DNA from: Chlorobiaceae bacterium
GTDB taxonomy: Bacteria; Bacteroidota; Chlorobiia; Chlorobiales; Chlorobiaceae
Length of the DNA stretch: 64,000 nucleotides
NCBI GenBank assembly: GCA_013334335.1
Contig: JAAXXR010000001.1
Location: 33,688 to 97,687 of the forward strand
Direction: 5' to 3'
Below are positions 41,399 through 49,717 of this stretch, piece by piece. The notes beneath the pieces were generated by a model that saw only the letters and a program-made list of their open reading frames with translations, did not search any database and was not told where the DNA came from. The translations under genes were made by a program, and so were the position numbers. How positions within the stretch are numbered: position 1 is the first letter of the stretch; every line of letters starts with the position of its first letter.

Positions 41399-41758
41399 TC
41401 AGTCTCCAAAGATTACCAGCCTGTCGTTGCGAATGACAATGTCGGTCAAGGTGCCGAGACCGGTGATCCCGCTCCCCTCGACGAGGACTTCGTCGCTGAT
41501 CCCCCTCCGTTTTGATGCGGCAATGCAGGCAAGCACCTCTACACCGTGGTTTTTGCTCAGCTCGCCCCAGCGGCGGGCTATGTGTCGGTCGTCCTGGGGA
41601 GGGTCCATGAGCCTGGTGACGTTGGTCACGCCGTCGTTGTACAGGAATACGGCGTCAACCTTGTGCCCCATGGCGATCGCCGCCTCGGCGAACTTGTACG
41701 CGGTATCTGAGGCCTGGTGGTTGTATGGCCCCTCCTTGAGAAGAATACCTATGTTCAT
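41399..41758 (-). CDS. dsrE: DsrE
   Basis: TusD/DsrE-like with the active-site Cys in LACIAASKRRG. Confidence 0.88.
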   Translation of the reverse strand: MNIGILLKEGPYNHQASDTAYKFAEAAIAMGHKVDAVFLYNDGVTNVTRLMDPPQDDRHIARRWGELSKNHGVEVLACIAASKRRGISDEVLVEGSGITGLGTLTDIVIRNDRLVIFGD

Positions 41759-41790
41759 GCGTCTGAAATTAAAATGATGTCGAGCCCAAC

Positions 41791-42156
41791 TCAGGCGGCA
41801 CTGCTTTCCCTGATCGCCTCATAGAGGGGAATCCAGGTGTTTGCCCGCCCTTCGAAGGGCTTTTCGAGATAGTGGCAGAAATAGAGCGCGTCGATTGCCC
41901 GACACGAGTCACCATGCGCCAACGCATCCAGGGCCTTGCGGCCTGCCTCGGCCGTATCGACTCCGGCAAGGCGAACCTGGTGCCAGTAGTTCACGGCCTC
42001 TTCCCGGTACACGGCGGTTTTCGGCAGCGCCTCGGCCGCCTTGAGGTTCGGAACCTCGACATTGCGGGTGCCGAAAGTGGCCGCCCAGCCGGTTTCAGGC
42101 CAGCGCGAAGAGGCTTCGATCGCCTTTTCGATCCACCGCATCATCTCATCCTTCAT
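41791..42156 (-). CDS. dsrU: Uncharacterised 121-aa soluble protein in the dsrL-dsrE gap (position of the green-sulfur-specific dsrU, name recalled from literature)
   Basis: ATG 42156 has a GGAGA SD 6 nt upstream. It fills an otherwise 440-nt gap in a tightly packed operon. Two Cys (GDSCRAID, YFCHY). No family recognised. Confidence 0.55.
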   Translation of the reverse strand: MKDEMMRWIEKAIEASSRWPETGWAATFGTRNVEVPNLKAAEALPKTAVYREEAVNYWHQVRLAGVDTAEAGRKALDALAHGDSCRAIDALYFCHYLEKPFEGRANTWIPLYEAIRESSAA

Positions 42157-42197
42157 CGGAATCTCCACGTCTTGATGTGTTCCAGTTTCTGCGCGGC

Positions 42198-43934
42198 CTA
42201 CAGCCCGTCTCCCATACCCATCTGGATGAATCCTGAAGGACAGACCAGTGAGCAGAGGTGACAGCCGACACATTTTGAATAATGGGTATAGACTTTCTCC
42301 CCCGCAGGATTGTCCCGGTAGCGGGAGATCGCCTCCTGGGGGCAGAACGAGACGCACTGCTTGCAATCGAAGCACAGGCCGCAACTCATACACCGCTCCG
42401 ACTCGGAGCGCACGACCTCGCCGGAGAGTGGAACAAGCAGCTCGTCATGGTTTCCCATGATACGCTCCGGCTCGATGCTCGAGCGTTTTGCCTGCGGTTC
42501 GGGCAGAAAATAGAGGATATCCTGCTTCTGCGCCTTGGTGACTTCGCGATACCCCTGTTCCGGCATCAATTCACCCTTCAGGAACGCGTCGATCGACTGC
42601 GCGGCCTTGCGACCGTGTCCTACCGCCGTGGTGATCAGGTCAACCTTTATGGCGTCACCGCCACCAAATAGCTTCTGTCGGCCAGGAATGCGGTAATTGC
42701 GGTCGACCCTGAGCCACTGCCCCGTGCCAGCGATGCTTTCGAACCCGGACAGGTCAGCCGTCTGCCCGATAGCGGCAACGACCATGTCGGCCTCGATCTC
42801 GAAGGTCTCTCCGGCGCTCTTGTATCGCAGGAAGGGAATTGGTGAGTTCCACCCCTCTTCGCCTTTCTGCTTTCGCTCCATCCTCGAGCAGAGCACCCCC
42901 CGGACGCCACCACCATCGGCGAGCACCTCGACAGCGCCGCTCATGTAGTACATCCCGGCGCCCTCGCGCACGGCATCGTCGAATTCGTTTTCAAAGCAGG
43001 CCATCTCCTCCCGGGGGACACCCGCGACGACAGCGGCTTCAGAACCCAGCCGGAGGGCGAGCCTGGCGACGTCCATGGCGACATTCCCGTCACCGATCAC
43101 CAGCACCTTCCTGCCGACAGGAATGTCGTCGCCCATCACTTCGTAATTCCTGAGAAACTCGATGGCGTTGGTCACGCCAGCCGTTCCCGAGAATCCAGGC
43201 ACGGGAAGGCCTCGGCCGCACTGGGCGCCAACACCGACGAATACGGCGTCATAGTCTGCCTCGAGCTGTTCGAGCGTGATATCGCGCCCAACCCTGACGC
43301 CCATTCTGGTGTCGATACCAAGTTCGACGATGCGGGCGATTTCAGCCTCGAGCACCCTACGGTCGACACGGTAGCCCATGATGCCGTAGAGCACCATGCC
43401 TCCGAGCTTTTCGTTGGCGTCGAAGATCGTGACGGCATGGCCCTGCCGGCGCAACTGGTAGGCCGCCGAAAGACCGGCCGGACCTCCGCCGATGACGGCG
43501 ACGCGCCTGCCGCTGTCGGGACCGGGCCCTGGAAGTTTCAACCCCTTTTCGATGCCATAGTTGCCGATGGCGTGCTCGACGGCGTTGATGCCAACGCTCT
43601 CGTCAAGATACTGCCGGTTGCATCCGCCCTGGCAGGGATGCGGACAGATTCTGCCCATGACCGCCGGAAACGGGTTGGTGTCGACCGCCGTCTCCCAGGC
43701 GGACCTCATGGGGTCATCGGACTTTTCGATGCCGTTCAGGTAGCGGTTGATTCCCCGGATATCCTCACCGGCAGGGCATTCCGCCGTGCAGGGGGGCGTC
43801 TGCCGTACATATATCGGACACTTGTGGCTGTGATCTCCGAAAGCGACGATCTTGTCGGTTCCCGTCAGTTCACTGAACGCAGGGAATACGTAATCCGTCG
43901 CGAAATCGAGAATCGGATTAGACTCTTCTTTCAT
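42198..43934 (-). CDS. dsrL: DsrL, GltD-like NAD(P)H:acceptor oxidoreductase with C-terminal ferredoxin domain
   Basis: GGGPAGLSAA dinucleotide motif. C-terminal CMSCGLCFDCKQC and CVGCHLCSLVCP. AAAGGAG precedes ATG 43934. Confidence 0.9.
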   Translation of the reverse strand: MKEESNPILDFATDYVFPAFSELTGTDKIVAFGDHSHKCPIYVRQTPPCTAECPAGEDIRGINRYLNGIEKSDDPMRSAWETAVDTNPFPAVMGRICPHPCQGGCNRQYLDESVGINAVEHAIGNYGIEKGLKLPGPGPDSGRRVAVIGGGPAGLSAAYQLRRQGHAVTIFDANEKLGGMVLYGIMGYRVDRRVLEAEIARIVELGIDTRMGVRVGRDITLEQLEADYDAVFVGVGAQCGRGLPVPGFSGTAGVTNAIEFLRNYEVMGDDIPVGRKVLVIGDGNVAMDVARLALRLGSEAAVVAGVPREEMACFENEFDDAVREGAGMYYMSGAVEVLADGGGVRGVLCSRMERKQKGEEGWNSPIPFLRYKSAGETFEIEADMVVAAIGQTADLSGFESIAGTGQWLRVDRNYRIPGRQKLFGGGDAIKVDLITTAVGHGRKAAQSIDAFLKGELMPEQGYREVTKAQKQDILYFLPEPQAKRSSIEPERIMGNHDELLVPLSGEVVRSESERCMSCGLCFDCKQCVSFCPQEAISRYRDNPAGEKVYTHYSKCVGCHLCSLVCPSGFIQMGMGDGL

Positions 43935-43956
43935 GAAGTGCTCCTTTGGGTTCAGC

Positions 43957-45036
43957 TTAGAAACGGACGTGAGCCGACTGATTGAACGTTGTTCGCGCAT
44001 GACGATAACTGTCGATCATGTTTTCGTCGAAGGTGAGGCCGGTCTGTTCGAAAAAACGCTTCCAGCCGATCCTTGCGATCCACTCGCCAACACGCTCCCA
44101 GGGACGTCCGCCCTCCTTGTAAGCCGTAAGGATCCGGCCGATCACGTCAGTCACCTCGGGCCAGCGGGGAGGATTGTTCGGCAGGTTGTGCGCCACGATA
44201 CTCATGGTCGAGGGTTTGGAACGCGCGTTGCTGTTTTTCCCACCGACCCAGATGGCGAATTTCGAATGCTCGGGATGGTTGATCTCCATCGCCGGGCATG
44301 CACCGAAGCAGGCGCCACAGCAGATGCACTTGGCCTCATCGACCATGAGTGACTTCTTGCCATTGATTACGGTCGGCCGAATGGCGGCTACCGGGCAGCG
44401 GGCCACGGCTTTCGGAAGTTCGCAGATCGTTGCGAGGTGGTCGTGGTTGATACGGGGCGGGCGGGTGTGCTTGACCACGACCGCGATGTCTGCCTGCCCT
44501 CCACAGTTGATCGAGCAGCAGGATGTGGAGAGCCTCACCTTGTTGGGCATCTGCATGTCCTTGAACTCCCGATAGAGGGTGTCCATCATCGATTTGACTA
44601 CACCCGAGGCATCGGTGGCTGGAATGTCGCAGTGAAGCCAGCCCTGGGTATGGGATACCGACGAGACACACATTCCGGTTCCACCGACCGGGAAACCGAG
44701 GGATTCAAGTTCCCTGATCATCGGCTCAACGTTCTCCTGGTTCGGCGTCAGGAACTCGACGTTGTTACGCACCGTGAAGCGCAGGAAGCCATCGCTGTAT
44801 TTGTCGGCCACATCGCACAGCAGCCGTAACATGTCGACCGTGTCCTGGCGCGGAGTGCCAGCCCTGACCGTCCAGATGGCGTCACCGCTCTCGGCGACGT
44901 GCTTCAGTACCCCTGGTTTTGGAATTTCATGGTACTTCCACTTTCCGTAATTCTTCCTGACGACCGGATGGAGGGCCTCCTCATAGGTATGGGGTCCCGA
45001 CTCAATGGTTTTCCACGTTCTTGCTGGGCTGCTCAT
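43957..45036 (-). CDS. dsrB: Dissimilatory sulfite reductase beta subunit
   Basis: 359 aa, sirohaem/FeS Cys motifs, ferredoxin insert CICCGACFGACP. Confidence 0.92.
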   Translation of the reverse strand: MSSPARTWKTIESGPHTYEEALHPVVRKNYGKWKYHEIPKPGVLKHVAESGDAIWTVRAGTPRQDTVDMLRLLCDVADKYSDGFLRFTVRNNVEFLTPNQENVEPMIRELESLGFPVGGTGMCVSSVSHTQGWLHCDIPATDASGVVKSMMDTLYREFKDMQMPNKVRLSTSCCSINCGGQADIAVVVKHTRPPRINHDHLATICELPKAVARCPVAAIRPTVINGKKSLMVDEAKCICCGACFGACPAMEINHPEHSKFAIWVGGKNSNARSKPSTMSIVAHNLPNNPPRWPEVTDVIGRILTAYKEGGRPWERVGEWIARIGWKRFFEQTGLTFDENMIDSYRHARTTFNQSAHVRF

Positions 45037-45128
45037 GCTGTATCCTGTAGGTTGTGGCGCGGCGGTCCTTTCCGGGACAGCGCGGCGGAGATTAATGATC
45101 TGGCTGAATCAGGGCGTTCGGAACGCCA

Positions 45129-46385
45129 TCAATATTTTGCCTTGAAGTAGGGATTATCCCTCGGGCGCGTCACCTGGTTGATGTCGTGCTCGATGCCGAC
45201 CCCCTCGAGGAACTGCTTCAGGCCGACACGCTCGATCGTCTCGCCGATCCTTTCGTGATCGAGACCGTTATCGTCCCACCAGTCGATGATCTCTTCGACA
45301 AGCTCGAGAAACTCCTCGATATCCTCGTCGCTCTCCATCTTCATGAACGGCACGATCAGTGAGCCCATGTTGACGCCGACCTTGAGGGTGTTCTTGCCGC
45401 CCATCAAGAGCGAGATCCCCCGCTCCTTACCGGGTGAAAGTGCCTTGGGCATGGCATTCAGGCAATGCATGCAGCGCACGCAGTCGCGGGACTCGATCTC
45501 CATATCACCACGTTTCAGTGAGATCGCCTTGGTCGGACAGTGGTTGATCACCTCGTTGACCAGGGCGTCGACACCACGCTCGGCGATCCAGCTTCTGACC
45601 TCGTCGCGGTCGACCTGGATCGCGTCCTTCCAGGTACCGATAACGGCAAGGTCGGAGCGCATGATGGCGTTCGTGCAGTCGTTTGGGCACCCCGAGAACT
45701 TGAACTTGATCTTGTAGTTCCATTCAGGCCGGTGCAACTGCCCGACGAAGTGCTTGAGCGCCTTAAGGTGCAGCTTGAGATTGTCATAGCAGGCGTTTTC
45801 ACAGCGGCCGGGGCCGATGCAGGACACCGCGGTTCGCATGCCGGCTCCGGCACCGCCGAGATCCCAACCCTTCTGGTTCAGCTCGTCGAAACACTCCTGC
45901 ACCTTGTCCTGCTCGATTCCCTGGAGCATGATGTCGCCGGTCTGCCCGTGCAAGGCGATGATGCCGCTCCCGTGCTTTTCCCAGATGTCGCACAGCTCGC
46001 GAAGCATCGCGGTGTTGTAGTGCAGGCCTGGCGCCGGCTGGATGCGCATGGTATGGAACTCTGTCGCCTCCGGGAACTTGTCCTTGATCATCGAATATCG
46101 CGTGATGATCCCGGCGCCGTACCCATCGACGGTCACGAGTCCGCCCTTCCAGTAGCCCATTTTCGTGTTGTACGAATATTCCAGCTGGTCAAGTACACCG
46201 CGCAGCATCGGCTTTTTCGTTCTTTCTGCCAGCTGCTTGAAGCCGGAGACGAAACTCGGCCATGGGCCGCTTTCGAGCTGATCGAGCATCGGTGTCGGAT
46301 TGAGGAAAGCTCCGTCGCTCTCCGCTCCACACCCGCCGCCGCATTGACACGCGCCGTTTGCTGCGCTGTCGTTAGCACCTTGCAT
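45129..46385 (-). CDS. dsrA: Dissimilatory sulfite reductase alpha subunit
   Basis: MLDQLESGPWPSFV region and ferredoxin insert. AAAGGAGG SD before ATG 46385. Confidence 0.92.
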   Translation of the reverse strand: MQGANDSAANGACQCGGGCGAESDGAFLNPTPMLDQLESGPWPSFVSGFKQLAERTKKPMLRGVLDQLEYSYNTKMGYWKGGLVTVDGYGAGIITRYSMIKDKFPEATEFHTMRIQPAPGLHYNTAMLRELCDIWEKHGSGIIALHGQTGDIMLQGIEQDKVQECFDELNQKGWDLGGAGAGMRTAVSCIGPGRCENACYDNLKLHLKALKHFVGQLHRPEWNYKIKFKFSGCPNDCTNAIMRSDLAVIGTWKDAIQVDRDEVRSWIAERGVDALVNEVINHCPTKAISLKRGDMEIESRDCVRCMHCLNAMPKALSPGKERGISLLMGGKNTLKVGVNMGSLIVPFMKMESDEDIEEFLELVEEIIDWWDDNGLDHERIGETIERVGLKQFLEGVGIEHDINQVTRPRDNPYFKAKY

Positions 46386-46456
46386 GTTGCCTCCTTTGGT
46401 TCTCGAGTATATTGTGGCCGGCGTGTTGCGCCGGCCGATTCTTCAGCGGGGTCCTA

Positions 46457-46792
46457 TCAAACGCAACCGGTCGGCTTGGGCAGCCCTGCGATCTTGCAGG
46501 CCTGGAGCGCCGGACCTTTCGGGAAGAGGCCATAGAGGAATTCCGAAGCCTCTTTCTTGTCCATGCCACGCTCGGAGGCAATCGCCTTGGTCAGCACCTT
46601 GACGGCAGGCGCGATCTGATACTCGTCATAGTAGTTCCGGAGAAACTTGACCAGAGACCAGTGCTCCTCGCCCATCTCGATCTCCTCGCCTTCGGCGAGC
46701 TTCTGCGCGACATCTTCGTTCCAGTCTTCGAGGTTTACCAGATAGCCGTTTTCGTCAGTTTCGTAGCTGACACCTTTGACGTCGATTGACAT
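46457..46792 (-). CDS. dsrC: DsrC
   Basis: 111 aa ending CKIAGLPKPTGCV (two conserved C-terminal Cys). Confidence 0.93.
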   Translation of the reverse strand: MSIDVKGVSYETDENGYLVNLEDWNEDVAQKLAEGEEIEMGEEHWSLVKFLRNYYDEYQIAPAVKVLTKAIASERGMDKKEASEFLYGLFPKGPALQACKIAGLPKPTGCV

Positions 46793-46924
46793 AATGCTCT
46801 CCTTGTGTTGGATATGATGAATGAGTTAATCTGGATGCCTCCCGGCTACCGCGGCGCGGCGCCAGGAAAACAGCGACAGGGAACTCCGGCCGGAAAGGCA
46901 GGAGGCTTATCGAGAAATATCAAC

Positions 46925-46946
46925 TATATAACTATATAGTTAAACA
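46925..46946 (-). promoter_or_regulatory. Palindrome copy C (symmetric core TAACTA-TA-TAGTTA) upstream of dsrC
   Basis: TATATAACTAtaTAGTTAaaca. The 14-bp perfect palindrome is at 46929-46942. Confidence 0.5.
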
Positions 46947-47089
46947 AATAAGCGCAATTAAGCAACAGCCCGGAATAATTTATTTCACTTTTTCATGCGG
47001 CCCTGAGAGGGAGGGCCTGCTGGTGGGGGGCTGACCTGTTCATGTCGATGGCGGGGAGCACCGGAGGATCCGGATCAAATACAACCGCA

Positions 47090-47103
47090 TAGTTATATAG
47101 TTA
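47090..47103. repeat. Tandem (direct) pair of the same half-site
   Basis: TAGTTA-TA-TAGTTA, 20 nt downstream of the dsrN stop. Confidence 0.5.
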
Positions 47104-47122
47104 ATAAATTAAATCTTATTAG

Positions 47123-48577
47123 TCAAGCATTTTCGATCAAATTCCCCGACTGAAACAACTCCGGATCAAGGCGTGAAGGCCTTTTGCCCATGCCGGTCCG
47201 GAAGGCTGCGGCCAGCGCCACGAATCGCTCCGCCCACCCCGGATTGGCCGCCGCATGCAGGTGGGCGTATGAGGCGAACAGATTGCGGTACAGCACGCCA
47301 TCCTCGCTGCCGGTGACGCCGCTGCCCCTCTGGAGATCAAACTGGTAGCTGACGTCAGCCGCTGCGTCACCCGGTTTGGAGTAATGGAATTCATGCGCCC
47401 TGATGCGCTCGCCCTGGTTGAACCATGCCGATTCTACCCGGCTGACAAGCTCCATGTAGCCACATCCGGCAGGGCGCGGCTGATAGGTGATGTCGAAGGG
47501 AAGCACCCCGGCCAGAGGCCATCGCTTGCCCCCGTAGGTTGCGCTCCGGCACAGGTAGATCAGGCCGCCGCACTCCGCCCAGGCCGGCAGTCCCGCCTCG
47601 ATGCGCTCCCGCACGCTCGCGAGCAGCCCCGAGTTCGAACAGAGACGCTGAAAAAACGACTCGGGAAACCCTCCGCCGATGTACAGGCCGTCAACCTCAG
47701 GGAGGAAATCGCTGGTGAAGGTGTCGATGAAAAGCAGCTCGGCGCCGTTCGACTGCAGTGCCTCGAGATTGTCCGGATAGTAGAAGCAGAACGACGCATC
47801 CCTGAAGACTCCGATCACCGCTTTCCTTGCCTCCCGGCGACACGATTGGCCTGCAGGAGCGGAAAGCATCGGAGGAGCCAGGTCGAAAAGCCCGCGAATC
47901 GCCTCCATGTCGCAATGACGCGCGACCATGCAGGCTGACGCGTCGATGAACGCTTCCGCGTTGTCGGCCTCTTCGACGGTTGTCAGTCCGAGATGCCGCT
48001 CGGGAAGCTTCAGGGTATCGTCCGAGGGAATCGAACCAAGCACCGGAACGTGGCAGAAGGTCTCGATCGCCTCCCGCTGCTTGGACTCCTGACGAGGACT
48101 GGCCACCTGGTTGAGCACGACTCCGGCGATGTTCACCTGTGGCCTCATCGCCTGGAGGCCCAGGACCTGTGCAGCAACACCGCGATTCATCCGCCGGCTG
48201 TCCACGACAAGCAGTACGGGAGCATCAAGAAGGCTGGCAAGGCCAGCGCTGCTGTCCGAGCCATCGATGTCGAGGCCGTCATGCAGACCGTGGTTGCCTT
48301 CGATGAGGGCAATGCCGTCACCGGCACGGAGCCACGCGTCGACAAACCGCTCACGTGTTCGCTCCTCTCCGTGCATCCACAGGTCGAGATTGTAGCACTC
48401 CCGGCCGCTTGACACCCTGTGCCACATCGGATCGATGAAGTCAGGCCCCTTCTTGAAACTGGCAGAAACCTGATTCCGAAGAGCAAAATGACGCAGGAGA
48501 CCAAGGCTGACCGTCGTCTTGCCTGAACTTTTCCAGGCTGCCGAAATCATCAACCTTGGTATCGTTATCTGCTGCAC
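47123..48577 (-). CDS. dsrN: DsrN, CobB/CbiA-like amidase (sirohaem amidation)
   Basis: PRLMISAAWKSSGKTT P-loop and a C-terminal GATase-like domain. GTG start with an AGAGGAG SD. Confidence 0.88.
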   Translation of the reverse strand: MQQITIPRLMISAAWKSSGKTTVSLGLLRHFALRNQVSASFKKGPDFIDPMWHRVSSGRECYNLDLWMHGEERTRERFVDAWLRAGDGIALIEGNHGLHDGLDIDGSDSSAGLASLLDAPVLLVVDSRRMNRGVAAQVLGLQAMRPQVNIAGVVLNQVASPRQESKQREAIETFCHVPVLGSIPSDDTLKLPERHLGLTTVEEADNAEAFIDASACMVARHCDMEAIRGLFDLAPPMLSAPAGQSCRREARKAVIGVFRDASFCFYYPDNLEALQSNGAELLFIDTFTSDFLPEVDGLYIGGGFPESFFQRLCSNSGLLASVRERIEAGLPAWAECGGLIYLCRSATYGGKRWPLAGVLPFDITYQPRPAGCGYMELVSRVESAWFNQGERIRAHEFHYSKPGDAAADVSYQFDLQRGSGVTGSEDGVLYRNLFASYAHLHAAANPGWAERFVALAAAFRTGMGKRPSRLDPELFQSGNLIENA

Positions 48578-48643
48578 GATAGGCGCTCCTCTGAAACCTG
48601 AAGTTCATTGTTACCCATACCTCCACCCATCCACTGGTATTTT

Positions 48644-48880
48644 TTACTTCTTCATGATCATGAAGGTATGCACGCCACCTGCTTCGGTGTGCGACACCAG
48701 CTCGTTGCCGGTTCGATTTGCCCAGGAGGCCATGTCATTGACCGAACCCGGATCGGTGGCAGTCAGTTTCAGCACCTGCCCCGACGCCATGCCGTCGATG
48801 GCTTTCTTGGTCTTGAGGATCGGCAGCGGGCAGTTCAGGCCTTCGCAATTCAGCTCCACGCTTGATTGGATCTCGCTCAT
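48644..48880 (-). CDS. tusA: TusA-family sulfur carrier
   Basis: 78 aa, CEGLNCPLPILK (CPxP motif). Confidence 0.88.
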   Translation of the reverse strand: MSEIQSSVELNCEGLNCPLPILKTKKAIDGMASGQVLKLTATDPGSVNDMASWANRTGNELVSHTEAGGVHTFMIMKK

Positions 48881-48972
48881 GTCAGAATCTCTTTTGAGTT
48901 GTATGAAATGTAAAATTCTCGAGCCTGTTGTCTGGCCCGTGCCGCCCCGGAAGGCGGCAAACGAATACAGCC

Positions 48973-49446
48973 TTACCGTTTCGAGGCGGGCGACCGCTGT
49001 TCGGGACGGACTTTGGACAGGAAAAACAGGTCAGCCGCCTCCGGATCCACCGGTCGTCCACTTCCGTCCTCGAGCGGCTCCTCGTAGTCGTTCCACCCCC
49101 GGAGTCCGGTTTTGAGGGAAACCACGTTGCGGTAACCGAGCTGCTGCATGACCCTCGAGGCCAAGGCGCTGCGTCGGCCGGACCTGCAGACCACGACGAT
49201 TTCGCGATCCCTTGCCAGAACCAGTTCAGGGACGGTATCCTCGTAATCCCACTCGCATGCCGATTCGAGCACCCCGCGGGGTACGTTGATCGACCCTCCG
49301 ATATGCATGGCAGCGAACTCCTCCGGCTCCCGCACATCGAGCAGCAAGATCTCGGGATTTTCCTGCATTCGGTCGACGAGATGCCACGGCATGATCTCCC
49401 TGATCTCGGCGAGGCAGTCTCGGACGATGTCACTCAATCGCATCAT
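48973..49446 (-). CDS. Single-domain rhodanese (thiosulfate/persulfide sulfurtransferase)
   Basis: LLDVREPEEF and the active-site loop CRSGRRS. Confidence 0.85.
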   Translation of the reverse strand: MMRLSDIVRDCLAEIREIMPWHLVDRMQENPEILLLDVREPEEFAAMHIGGSINVPRGVLESACEWDYEDTVPELVLARDREIVVVCRSGRRSALASRVMQQLGYRNVVSLKTGLRGWNDYEEPLEDGSGRPVDPEAADLFFLSKVRPEQRSPASKR

Positions 49447-49507
49447 GGACAGTTCAATTTCACCCGCCGGGCAGAGTCGGGGATCAGGAAGGAGAAAAAA
49501 CTTCTCT

Positions 49508-49529
49508 TATATAACTATTCAGTAATATA
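49508..49529 (-). promoter_or_regulatory. 22-bp AT-only imperfect palindrome (copy B) upstream of rhd-tusA-dsrN
   Basis: TATATAACTAttCAGTAATATA. About 60 nt upstream of the rhd ATG. Confidence 0.55.
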
Positions 49530-49717
49530 GCATTAAACTATTTTGTCTGTCAAGCGCCGGCGCCAACTTTTTTCTCCGACTGCGAAGGAAATCTCCAGCC
49601 ATAGCGTGCCGCGCATTAAATCCCCATTGTTTATTATATTTAAAATCAGGCCTTTCGAGCCCCAAAAGCGCAGGGCGGGCTGCCGGCGAACTTTCACCAA
49701 ACCTCTCCGTACGAACG

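Noticed and set aside
41395-41409. Upstream TTG start for dsrF.
   Set aside because: It is a non-ATG codon overlapping dsrE by 11 nt. The ATG at 41394 has a GGAGA SD.
42157-42393. Long (200-aa) version of the dsrL-dsrE gap ORF.
   Set aside because: The first 79 codons overlap the 3' end of dsrL in another frame and look like shadow sequence. The SD-supported ATG is at 42156.
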